This document shows, one piece after another, positions 53,025 through 63,305 of a stretch of DNA of 64,000 nucleotides (its first letter is position 1; every line of letters starts with the position of its first letter). The stretch is from positions 2,547-66,546 of the IMG/VR virus record IMGVR_UViG_3300028845_000223. One strand, 5' to 3'. Below the pieces are notes generated by a model. The model was not told where the DNA came from. It was given only the letters and a program-made list of their open reading frames with translations, and ran no database searches. The position numbers and the translations under genes are program-made. Source of the stretch: a virus.

Positions 53025-53939
53025 ATGAACCTAAAATCTCAAAAAGAGCTACACGTTGAATTTCTTCCTTTTCAAAAACTTATAGACTATATTAAAATCG
53101 GCGATGCTCTTGGAATGGGATTTGAGTATACTTCAGATAAATTTATAAAAGAAAATCTTTGGAAAGAAAATACTTTGCCAAAATTTATTCAACATCCATA
53201 TTGGGCAACCCTTACCCCAGGAATGTATACAGACGATTCTCAAATGAGTATTGCACTTATTAAGTTAATGTTAGAAGAAGAAACAACTGAATGGTTTGAT
53301 GATCGAGTTGTCGGAAGATACTTTCTTTCTGAATTTAAATCAAGCCCTAGACAGGGATATTCGACTGGTTTGTATAAAGTTTTGTCTACTTCAAAAACAA
53401 CAAATGAATTTTTGGAACAGATTGCCGCGTTTGGAAAGTCTTCAAAAAATGGCGGCTGTATGAGAGCTGTCCCAATTGGTTTATTACCTGATTTGGAAAT
53501 GGTAAAAAAATTTGTAAGATTCCAAGCGGAAACAACCCATTCAGGAACAGGCGTCGATGCAGCAGAAATGATTGCTGTTGCGGCATTTGGATTGAAATAT
53601 AAACTAACAGAAAAAGATAACAAAGTTGATGTTTATGGTTGGGTGAAAAATAACACTTCTTATTTTCCAGAAATTATCAAAGAACTTAAAAGAGTTGAAG
53701 GCTCAAATAATCTCGGTTTATTAACTTCAATTTCAGTGCTAAAATTATTTAGTGAATTTGATTTGAGGTTAGGATTACATGAACTGATAAGAAGGTGTAT
53801 TCTTTTAGGTGGAGACACAGATACGGTTGCCGCGATTGCGGCGGGGTTATATGGATGTTGGATACTTTCAAAAAGTAAAAAACAAAGAAGGGTTTCTTAT
53901 ATAAAAGAAATTAAACCATTGATAAGGTTTGTAAAATGA
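53025..53939 (+). CDS. ADP-ribosylglycohydrolase (DraG/ARH family)
   Basis: IGDALG, YTDDSQM, NGGCMR, ETTH, GGDTDTVAAIA. Confidence 0.9.
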   Translation: MNLKSQKELHVEFLPFQKLIDYIKIGDALGMGFEYTSDKFIKENLWKENTLPKFIQHPYWATLTPGMYTDDSQMSIALIKLMLEEETTEWFDDRVVGRYFLSEFKSSPRQGYSTGLYKVLSTSKTTNEFLEQIAAFGKSSKNGGCMRAVPIGLLPDLEMVKKFVRFQAETTHSGTGVDAAEMIAVAAFGLKYKLTEKDNKVDVYGWVKNNTSYFPEIIKELKRVEGSNNLGLLTSISVLKLFSEFDLRLGLHELIRRCILLGGDTDTVAAIAAGLYGCWILSKSKKQRRVSYIKEIKPLIRFVK

Positions 53940-54023
53940 TTACAACTATCGACATACTTTTATGCGGAATGTTTTCGACACTTGGTTCGCTGTTAATTTT
54001 GACACATAAAACACTCAAATAAC

Positions 54024-55775
54024 ATGACTACAACTACACACCAAACAAACGAAGAAAACCTATTGCAAGAATTTGCCGAATTTAGAAAAGAAGAAGCAAT
54101 TGAGCTGTTGAAAAATTTATTTAAAGCTTATTTTGCCGCAAATAAAAACTATACTTTTGTTGTTGTTGAGCATAATAGCCCAAAAGATAAAATAAAATTA
54201 AAATTCTTTTCTGTTGATCTGGAATCGGAAATGGAAAAAAATTACTATTATATTTCAGATAAAATTGGGGATAGGCATTTCGCTGCCGATACCTCGGATG
54301 AGGTAATTCAACTTCTTCATCCATTCAAACCTGAATCAGTTGAGATTTCTATTCCGCATTATTTGCTCGCGGAGCCAACAAAGTTTAAATCTAGAACTTG
54401 GATAAATTTCCTAAGATATGGGAGGACTTTTTTCCAAAAAGGAAAAGTTATATCTCCGTATAGAAGACTTTCTCATAAAGGTGATGGATTAGATATTTTT
54501 GTAGATCATAACAGCCTGCTAACTGCTTTTACAGATAATGGATCAATTTTTGATAATAAAGGAAAATACTATAGAGGAATAGATTATGTCAAACTCTCTA
54601 CCTGAAACAAAACTAAGTTTGGAAGAAATAGAAACTGTTAAAGAAATTAAAAAAATAAAAGAAATGGCAGATGATCTTATTAAAAACACAGTTAGAATGG
54701 TTTTTGATAAAAAACCAAAATTAACATATCTTTCCCTTTCTCATTCTCAAAAATATTATTCTTTAAGTGTGTTAGAATCAGAACTTTCTATGGATCAAAT
54801 TATAGATCTCGCAATTGAAGATTTGGGTACATATCCATGTAGGAAATACAAAATTGCCGATCCTAAAACCACTAGAACTGATGAGATGAAAATTCAAGAC
54901 TATAAACTATTATGTAATCGTAGAACCGATCCACCTACCACTTATATTGATATAGAAAATTATTTTAAATGGACTCAAATTAATCCAAACAATAGATCTC
55001 TTTCCGAAAAGAACTTTCCAAAAAAAGATGGGTATGACTTATTTAAGTTGTTTAATACCGAACTAGCAGTCTTTTCTAGGATTTCAGAATTAGACCACTT
55101 GGTTTTTGATAGAAACCTAAATACAATAGATTTAAAACTTGTGGTGGAAAAACTATGATCGACCAAGAAAACACATTTTCAACAGACATTGAACAACAGT
55201 TGAACCTGTCTATTTTAGACATAAAAAATTTTGCTAATACAGCAGTTTCTAAATATCTAGATGGAATCTTCGAACTGAATCCAGATATTCAATTTATCTA
55301 TTTTTTATTAGATGGCGATTACGACGAAGAAACAATATCAGTCTATTTGATAGAATCTGAGTTTGAAACAATAGTAGATGAATGTTTTACTGAGTTTAAA
55401 AGAAGTTTTGGTTCTAGAAGAACAAGCAAAGATTTTATTACAATAAACTGCCAACACCCTCTTTCAAAAGAAATTCATAAGTTTTGGTATCCAGTTGCCC
55501 TTCATGAGTTATATGATGGAATTTTACCAATTCCAGTTGAAAATATAATTTCACGTTTAAAATACGAACTTCGTACTCCTAGTAAAAGAGAAACTCATCA
55601 CGATGATGGTTTAGATATTTTAAAACAAAGGGCAATAGAAATAAAAAAAATACTTGATTTTACAAATACTGGATATGAAACTTTTTACCATAGATCTGGA
55701 AAACAATACTCTGGATTTTCTTACGAGATTGGCCCAACCGTTAAAGTTAAAAACTTTGGAGTTAAAAAACTGTAA
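54024..55775 (+). other. Three tandem, distantly related ORFs (54024-54605, 54586-55158, 55155-55775)
   Basis: Similar length; shared N-terminal helix and C-terminal DG(L/Y)D(I/L) motif. Confidence 0.55.
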
Positions 55776-55941
55776 ATCCATTCAAACAAAACGAAAGGAA
55801 TTCTAAAATGGAATATGAACATAACAAGGAGTCTCCAAAAACAATCTCCGAGGTTGTTATTGGACTAATGACAGGAACTATTGCGATTGGAATTCTTTGT
55901 GTATTATATATTCTTGTAAAACTTGCGAAAGCTGTATTCCT

Positions 55942-56391
55942 ATGAAAGAAACTTTTTCTGTTTCTGTAACAGGTCACCGCGATTTGTTTCACGATGAAAA
56001 AGAAATAGAAAAAAAGTTTTTGAATTTTATTGATATTCAAAAAGGGTTAAATCCCGACAAAGAAATTGTTGTAAACACAGGAATGGCAGTAGGATTTGAT
56101 CTTCTTGTTGCCGAGATTTGTCTAAAACAAGGAATAAAATATAACGCCATATTGCCTTTTGAAGATCATCTTAAAACCAATGAAATCTTTTGCTTGTTAA
56201 AAGAAGCGGCAAACAAAGTTGTGGTGGTCTCAGAAGGACCATATGCGAAATACAAATATTTTATAAGAGATGTTTGGTTGGTTGATAATGCAAATGTCTT
56301 ATTTGCATACTTGATTAAACCAGGAAAAAGTGGAACACGATTAACAGTTGAAGAAGCAATAAAAAAGAAAAAAGAGGTTATTTACTTCTGA
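55942..56391 (+). CDS. SLOG-family protein (YspA/DUF1273-like)
   Basis: VSVTGHR, TGMAVGFD, RD.WLVDNA, SGT..TV. Confidence 0.8.
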   Translation: MKETFSVSVTGHRDLFHDEKEIEKKFLNFIDIQKGLNPDKEIVVNTGMAVGFDLLVAEICLKQGIKYNAILPFEDHLKTNEIFCLLKEAANKVVVVSEGPYAKYKYFIRDVWLVDNANVLFAYLIKPGKSGTRLTVEEAIKKKKEVIYF

Positions 56392-56804
56392 TGAAAACAA
56401 TTTTTAAATTTATAATAATTTTTTGTTTGGCAACGCTTTTCAATTTATTACTTGCCCTTTTTGGACACGTTTATTTTAGATTTGATGTTATTAATTCCTT
56501 TATCGCTTTGATATTATTGGAAATGGTTTTTTTGTTTTATCAAAAAGAAATGGAAACTGTATATCATGGAAAATAATTCAAAAGTAAAAGGATTATATCG
56601 GGTTATTTTTACAGAAAAGTCTACAAAGAAAAAAAACATTATTGATGTTTTTGCTGTTGATAAAACAATGGCAATAGACATTGCAAAAAACGAACTCTTT
56701 GACGGAACAGTTTTTATTGCAAAAGGTTCTAATCTTTCTGTTTCTGTTAAAGAATTAACAATCGACAAAGCTGATTAGTAAAATAAACAAAGGAACAAAA
56801 CACA

Positions 56805-57182
56805 ATGACTCACTAGGTAAAAAATAAACTATATGTCGTAACAAGAGAAGACCTTGGACTTCAATATCAAATTCCACAAGTGGCACACGCTGTGGCAGAA
56901 TTCGCACTAAGAAATAAAATAAAGTTTGAGGAATGGAATTCTGGTGGTTTGGGATCTTTGGTAGTTGTTGCCGCGAAAAACGAAGAACAACTATTTCAAT
57001 TTAAAGCAAAACTAGAAAAAGAAAATCAAATTTATTATGGATTCTATGAACCAGATATTGGTTATAGTTTGACTGCTTTAGCAATAGAACCATCGGATAA
57101 AGTAAAGAAACTTTGTTCGGGAATGCCTTTAGCGGGCAAACTTTCAAAAGAAACACTAAACCTAAAATTAATTTTGACATAG
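56805..57182 (+). CDS. Pth2-like peptidyl-tRNA hydrolase with in-frame TAG at codon 4
   Basis: AAGGA SD, then ATG ACT CAC TAG GTA...; KLYVVTREDL..QYQIPQVAHA, LVVV...E, F.EPDIG..LTALA..P. Confidence 0.75.
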
Positions 57183-57737
57183 TTGATAAAATGATGGAAA
57201 CAGAACAAGCAAAAGATGTTTCTATCCTTCAGCATGGATTACAAGTTTGTGATAAACTTTTTAATTTAATAATTCCTGCACTTAACTCTGATGTTACTGA
57301 AATCAAATTTCCTAATTGGTTTATCGAAAATAAAAGATTTATTCTTGAAAATCTTCCTTCTGAATATATTTTAAGAAAATATGCCATTTTTCATGATGTT
57401 GGAAAACCTTATTGTTTAGAGCACGACGAAGAAGGAAAAAGACATTTTCCAAATCATGCTGAATACTCTTTCCAAAAATATTTGGAGTTGTTTCCAAATG
57501 AAAAAGAGATAGCTGAGTTAATAAGAAACGATATGGTCGTTCATATTTTAAAAGATCATGGAGTTGAAAATTTTTCAAAATAAAAACTGTATAACTCATT
57601 TGGTTGTTGGTCTAGCTGAGATTTACGCTAATGCTGAAATGTTTGGTGGGGTCGAGTCGGAATCTTTTAAGATCAAGTATAAGCAGCTCGAACGAAGAGG
57701 TGGTGCAATTATCTCTGTGCTAAAGCAGAAGAGATAA
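57113..57737 (+). CDS. HD-domain protein, frameshifted near 57575-57583
   Basis: SILQHG, FHDVGK, HFPNHA; the +1 frame continues with LAEIYANAEMFGG...SFKIKYKQ. Confidence 0.65.
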
Positions 57738-57741
57738 CGCG

Positions 57742-57770
57742 TTGACAGCTTCGCGGAGGTTGCTTACACT
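57742..57770 (+). promoter_or_regulatory. Sigma70-type promoter whose predicted +1 is the first base of the suppressor tRNA
   Basis: TTGACA-17 nt-TACACT; tRNA G1 is 7 nt downstream. Confidence 0.8.
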
Positions 57771-57776
57771 TCTCGC

Positions 57777-57848
57777 GTTTCGCTAGTTCAGCGGTAGAAC
57801 GGCGGGCTCTAAACCTGCAAGTCATAGGTTCGATTCCTATGCGGAGCA
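57777..57848 (+). tRNA. Amber suppressor tRNA (CUA anticodon)
   Basis: GTTTCGC/GCGGAGC acceptor, GTTC-AGCGGTA-GAAC, GCGGG-CTCTAAA-CCTGC, ATAGG-TTCGATT-CCTAT, A73. Confidence 0.9.
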
Positions 57849-57877
57849 CAAACAAAAACATAAAAAGGAAAACAAGA

Positions 57878-58792
57878 ATGCAAACAAGACTCTTCTGTGG
57901 TTTGGCGATTGCTGTGTTGGCTGCCGCGTGTGAAACAGTATCTCCTGGGGAAGTTGCCGTTTTAGTTGATACTGGAACAGTTAAAGGCGTATATCCTCCA
58001 GGACTTTATTACGATGGCCCAATGATGGAATTTCACAAACTTTCAACGAGAGCTCAATCATTTGATATGATTGGTGCCCCAACTCAAAATCAAAACCATG
58101 AACGTTCTGGTGAAGGTACTGTTACTGTTTTAACTCGGGACCAATTAAGTGTTGGTCTCGATTGCACGGTTCAATTTCACTTAAACAGCGACCACGCCTT
58201 ACCTGTGTTTATTAAGTTTGGCGAAAACTATGCACAAACAGTTGTTCACACTCCTGTCAGAGCTGCGGTAAGGGATAGCGCAGGTAGGTTTAACGCTCTC
58301 GATCTTTCAAACCGAAGAGAAGAGTTACAACAAACCCTCGAATTAGAAATTCGAAATAAGATTCATACACTGTTGTCTCAGCAAAGAGTTTCAACAAATG
58401 CGATCATCTTGGATTCTGTTTTGATTCGAAATATTGATCTACCAAATTCTCTCGATGAAAGTATTGTGGCATTGCAGCGAGAAAGAATGCAAACGCAACA
58501 GAGACAACAAGCTGCCTTAACCGCGCAGCAAGATGCTGTGCGGCAAATGGCAGACATTCGAGGACAATCAGAACGAAATATTTTAGCAGCGGAAACTGCC
58601 GCTAGAACAAGACGAATCGAATCAGAATCTATTGCCGCGGCAAACAGAACAATTGCCGCTTCACTTACTCCAGAACTTTTGCGTCTTCGAGCAATCGAGG
58701 CACAAAAAGAAGTCTTGGGAAGTAATCAGACTCGAACGGTATTTATGCCTCCAAATATGTCACTTTTCAACCTTGGAAATATCCAACAATAA
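57878..58792 (+). CDS. SPFH/prohibitin (band 7) family lipoprotein
   Basis: LAAAC lipobox, V.PGEVAV, T.DQLSV.LD..VQF, C-terminal coiled coil. Confidence 0.85.
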   Translation: MQTRLFCGLAIAVLAAACETVSPGEVAVLVDTGTVKGVYPPGLYYDGPMMEFHKLSTRAQSFDMIGAPTQNQNHERSGEGTVTVLTRDQLSVGLDCTVQFHLNSDHALPVFIKFGENYAQTVVHTPVRAAVRDSAGRFNALDLSNRREELQQTLELEIRNKIHTLLSQQRVSTNAIILDSVLIRNIDLPNSLDESIVALQRERMQTQQRQQAALTAQQDAVRQMADIRGQSERNILAAETAARTRRIESESIAAANRTIAASLTPELLRLRAIEAQKEVLGSNQTRTVFMPPNMSLFNLGNIQQ

Positions 58793-58811
58793 CAAGAAAG
58801 AAGGAAAGAAA

Positions 58812-59210
58812 ATGGAAAACAACGAAACCCAAACAGTCGAACAAACTCCAGCGCAAACAACCGAAGCGGTTCGCCGCTTTTATATGCGCAGCGGAAAGCG
58901 CACCGTAACCGTCTCCTACAGAAGAACCGAAGGAAACAAATACGAATATGCTTTTTCGGCAAACCGCGTTACAACGGGATCAAATACCGCTGTTGACCTT
59001 TACAACAAGAAACTTGGCAAGGAAATTGCCGAAGGTCGCCTTTCCAGCGGGCGACATTGTTTTCAAATCGAAGTCAAAGACATGAAAATGATCCATGTCG
59101 AAATTGCCCAACAAATGGCTGAAAACACAACCAAAGAAGGAACCAAGGAATTGGTTCCAAAACCAATCAAAACTGTTGCGCGAGACTATCTTGCTTCGCA
59201 CAAAAAGTAA
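58812..59210 (+). CDS. Conserved phage hypothetical protein
   Basis: D.YNKK.G.EIAEGRL motif; AAGGAAAG SD. Confidence 0.6.
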   Translation: MENNETQTVEQTPAQTTEAVRRFYMRSGKRTVTVSYRRTEGNKYEYAFSANRVTTGSNTAVDLYNKKLGKEIAEGRLSSGRHCFQIEVKDMKMIHVEIAQQMAENTTKEGTKELVPKPIKTVARDYLASHKK

Positions 59211-59240
59211 TCGAAAATTACTCGCGGAGCAAACCAAAAA

Positions 59241-59272
59241 GGCTGACTGACAATGTGTTGGTCGGCCTTTTT
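59241..59272 (+). terminator. Intrinsic terminator
   Basis: AAAAA-GGCTGAC...GTCGGCC-TTTTT. Confidence 0.7.
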
Positions 59273-59290
59273 GACTTTAAGGAGCAGAAA

Positions 59291-59797
59291 ATGAAAACCC
59301 CATACCGAAAAAATGAATTGCTTATGGTTCCAAAGTCAAAAGAATCGCACAACTATTTTTGTAAATGGTTTGGTTGTAGAATAAGTAAACAAACAATTCC
59401 AACAGGAATTTATTTGCTTCAACTTAAAGAAAAACAATTTGTTTTTTCTTTCCAAACTTGTGCAATATGTGGAAGAGAATATGCAAAACCATTTCATTCA
59501 AATGAGTTTATTCAACTTTTTCATTATAAAAATTCTTCAAATTGGAAATTTGTAAAATTTGATTACAAAGCCGATGATATTGTATTGCTAACGAAAAATA
59601 ACAATTATGATGAATATGAAGCTGAAGTGAGACATATTTCTCATGTTTCAGAGATAAAAAATCTAGAATTTAATCATTTTTGGTTTAATATTCTTTGCGC
59701 AAACATTGGATGCAACTATCAAAATTTTGTTAATGAATATGAAATTGTTTTAATGAAAAAATGTAAACGGTGCGAAAAATTTATTCAAGAAAAATAA
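59291..59797 (+). CDS. Cys-containing protein (family with 17800 and 37651)
   Basis: FCKWFGCR...CAIC and a second copy LCANIGC...CKRC. Confidence 0.55.
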   Translation: MKTPYRKNELLMVPKSKESHNYFCKWFGCRISKQTIPTGIYLLQLKEKQFVFSFQTCAICGREYAKPFHSNEFIQLFHYKNSSNWKFVKFDYKADDIVLLTKNNNYDEYEAEVRHISHVSEIKNLEFNHFWFNILCANIGCNYQNFVNEYEIVLMKKCKRCEKFIQEK

Positions 59798-59813
59798 AAA
59801 TAGAAGTTTTAAA

Positions 59814-60449
59814 ATGAAAACCATAAAACTGAAAAACAATGAATTGATTCCTGAATACTATACAGGAATTGTTGAATGGGAACCTGGAACAAAATGTTGG
59901 TTCAAAGAAGGAAAAAGACATAGAATAGATGGACCAGCAAACGAATACTTTGACGGATCAAAAGAATGGTGGATTGAAGGAAAACTTCACAGAATAGATA
60001 GCCCCGCTGTTGAATATGCAGATGGAACAAAATGTTGGTTCAAAGAAGGAAAATATCATCGAACAGATGGTCCTGCTGTTGAATATGCAGATGGAACAAA
60101 ACAATGGTGGGTTGAAGGGAAACTTCATAGATTTGATGGTCCTGCTATTGAATGGGCAAATGGATCAAAATATTGGTATAAAGATGGATTACTTCACAGA
60201 TTCGATGGTCCTGCTTGCGAATATAAAGATGGATTAAAAGAATGGTATGTTGATAATAAACTCTATTCCACTTTTGAATTGGAAATCTATGTCGAAAAAC
60301 TTATTTTCCTCGGGAAAGAAAAAGGCAACCATAACCTGTGTTGGTTAAAGTTTTTAACAGAAAATCAAGGAATCAAAGAGTTCCCTATTATTTCAGGAAT
60401 GGAAAAAAATTTAATATTTAAAGAAATTTTCGTTTACTTGGAAATATAA
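59814..60449 (+). CDS. HRxDGPA-repeat protein 1 (about 5 repeats)
   Basis: ~23-aa repeats and shared FLGKEKG...WLKFLTE...P.I.GM tail. Confidence 0.8.
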   Translation: MKTIKLKNNELIPEYYTGIVEWEPGTKCWFKEGKRHRIDGPANEYFDGSKEWWIEGKLHRIDSPAVEYADGTKCWFKEGKYHRTDGPAVEYADGTKQWWVEGKLHRFDGPAIEWANGSKYWYKDGLLHRFDGPACEYKDGLKEWYVDNKLYSTFELEIYVEKLIFLGKEKGNHNLCWLKFLTENQGIKEFPIISGMEKNLIFKEIFVYLEI

Positions 60450-60644
60450 AAAATGAAAACTTTCTTCGTTATAGTTGATGATAAACCAGATTCTCAAATA
60501 CAAACAAAGAATGTGTTTGAAGGATATAAAGAAGTTTTAAAAAAAGAAACAAAAGGTAAAATTCAACTTATTGAAAAATCTTATTTTTTGGTGTGGTCTA
60601 AACAAAAAATAAAATAACAAAAGGATATAAACAAAAAAACAAAA

Positions 60645-61313
60645 ATGACAAATGCGATGTTGGTGTTAAAAACAAATAATTCAAAACTTGGTGGTGTTGC
60701 CGCGACTTATAGTTCAATTGATTCTTCTTGCCCGACTAGTTGCGCTTTAAAAGATAATGGATGTTATGCTCAACTTGGTTTTGTTGGAATTCATACATCA
60801 AAACTAAATAAAAAGAAATCAACTCCAAGAGAAGTTGCAAGAGAAGAAGCAAAACAAATTAAACAAGCTATTAAAGAAGAAAAGAATACAAAACCATTGC
60901 GGTTGCACGTTGCAGGAGATTGCCGCACAAACGAAGCAGCAGCCATATTAGCCGAGGCAACAAAAGAATGGGGCTATCCAGTATGGACTTATACACACGC
61001 CTGGAAAGATGTTTCTCGTTCTAGTTGGGGCAATAAGGTTTCTGTTCTTGCCTCGGTTGACAACATAAAAGAAATAAAATCGGCAAGAAGAAAAGGTTAT
61101 GCTCCTGCTATCATTGTTGATAAATTTTTATCAAAAAAAGCATATGAGTTTAATGGATTTAAATTAATTCCTTGTCCAAATCAAACTCATGAAAATATAA
61201 CTTGTGAAAAGTGTAAACTTTGTTGGAACGATAAAAAACTTAAAACTCTAAATGCTGTTATTGGATTCGAAGCTCATGGTGCAAAAAGAAAATCTCTGCC
61301 AGTGATAAAATGA
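60645..61313 (+). CDS. Phage Cys-rich protein (Gp88-like, possible Fe-S)
   Basis: SCPTSC.L...GCYA, RLHVAGD, WTYTH, CP...C..C.LC. Confidence 0.6.
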   Translation: MTNAMLVLKTNNSKLGGVAATYSSIDSSCPTSCALKDNGCYAQLGFVGIHTSKLNKKKSTPREVAREEAKQIKQAIKEEKNTKPLRLHVAGDCRTNEAAAILAEATKEWGYPVWTYTHAWKDVSRSSWGNKVSVLASVDNIKEIKSARRKGYAPAIIVDKFLSKKAYEFNGFKLIPCPNQTHENITCEKCKLCWNDKKLKTLNAVIGFEAHGAKRKSLPVIK

Positions 61314-63301
61314 AAACAAAAGAAGACACAATAAAGATTATAGAATCTTCGGATGGAACAAAACAATGGTATAAAGAAGGAAAATGTCATCGAGAGGATG
61401 GACCCGCGATTGAATGGGCAGGAGGGGCGAAAGAATGGTATATTGGAGGAAAACGCCACAGAATAGATGGACCAGCTTTTGAAAATCCAGACGGAACAAA
61501 AGAATGGTGGGTTGGTGGAAAAGAATACTCGGACACAATTTATGTAAGAAACAAAATTTTTCTTGGAAAAGAAAAAGGAAAGTTTGGGATTGAGTGGTTA
61601 AAGTTTTTAACAGAAACAGGAATTGAAGAATATCCTCTTATTCCTGGTATGAATTATGAATTTGTTCAAAGATATGACCTCCAATCATTTTTAACTACGC
61701 AGGAGAATGTTTTAAAATGAAACATCTTAAACTAAAAGATAATGAAAAAATTCCCAAACATTTTACAGGAATTGTTGAATGGGCAAGTGGATTGAAAGAA
61801 TGGTTTAAAAAAGGAAAACATCATCGACTTGATGGACCTGCAATTGAATGGGTAAATGGAGATAAACAATGGCTTAAAGAAGGAAAAACTCATAGAGTAG
61901 ACGGACCAGCTATTGAACTTTCAGGTGGATATAAAGAATGGTGGATTGATAATAAATCAATAAAAAAAGAAATCGATATTTCAAATAAAATTTTTCTTGG
62001 AAAAGAAAACGGAAAGTATAAGATTGAGTGGTTAAAGTTTCTAACAGAAACAGGAATTGAAGAATATCCTCTTGTTCCTGGTATGCCTCCTTATCAATTT
62101 AGAATTTTTAAAGACATATCTCTCGACGAACTCTTAAAAGTAGGTGTTTGATGGAAACAATTGATCTATGGACAAAAACCACACAATTTCCTAAAAACTT
62201 TACAGGAATTGTTAAACGTGAAAACTTTCTTGAGATTTATTATAAAAATGGAAGTATTCATCGTAAAGATGGCCCCGCTTATATATCAAAATATATGTAC
62301 AATAATCTAAAAAATTTTACTTATATTTGGTATAAAAAAGGAAAAAAACATAGAATTGGTGGTCCAGCGGTTGAAATTTGGGATGGTTCAAAAGAATGGT
62401 GGGTTAATAATAAAAAACATAGAATAGCTGCTCCTGCGGTTGTTGGAGTAGATGGATATAGAGAATGGTGCATTAATGGAAAATGGCACAGAACAGATGG
62501 GCCAGCTATTGAATTTGAAAACGGAGATAAATATTGGTATTTAAATAATAAACTCTGTTTTGAAAAAACGGACATACCTATTCTTTTAAAAAAGAATATG
62601 TTTCTCAATATGGAAAGAGGAAAATATGATTTGTTTTGGTTAAGGTTCTTAACAGAAGACCAAGGAATAAAAGAATTTCCAATGATTCCTGGAATACGTG
62701 AATTCATGTTGTCTATGGACTCTGAATTAAAAGATTATTTTGATGAGTGTGGATGGGTATAAACATGGAAACAATAAAGATTTTATCAGGGACTCAACTT
62801 CCTAAAAACTTTACAGGGATTGTGGAGTATCCGTGTAATGTTAAGATTTATTATAAAAATGGAAGTATTCATCGTAAAGATGGCCCTGCTTATACTCGAA
62901 ATGAAATCGACCCATTTGGATACGATAGATATGTGAAATGTTGGTATAAAAACGGAAAACTTCATAGAATAGATGGTCCAGCTGTTGAACAATCCTACTT
63001 CAATTTAAAAGAATGGTATATTAATGGAAAACATCCAATAGACAGACCAGCCCAATCAAGATACGGAAGTTTTTATTGGTTTTATGAAAAAAGATATTGG
63101 CATATAAATGACTTAATTCATTTGTTTGATAAAGGAATTTTTCTTGGAGGAGAAAAAAGAAAATATGGAATTACCTGCTTTTTGTTTCTAACAGAACATA
63201 ATGGAATTCGAGAATTTCCCATAATGGGCGGAATGAAACAAGAACTTCTTAATCTTTGGAAATTTGATCTGGTTTTAAAACTAGAGGAGTATAAACTATA
63301 A
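61310..63301 (+). repeat. Tandem HRxDGPA-repeat paralogs 61310-61720, 61717-62151, 62151-62762, 62765-63301
   Basis: Shared N-terminal (N/H)FTGIV in most, 2-4 repeats, shared C-terminal tail; overlapping stop/start junctions. Confidence 0.85.
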
Positions 63302-63305
63302 CATC

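Noticed and set aside
56880-57182. ORF-track start (GTG 56880) for the Pth-like gene
   Set aside because: It removes the conserved N-terminal strand and has no SD; the upstream ATG at 56805 has an SD and is in frame.
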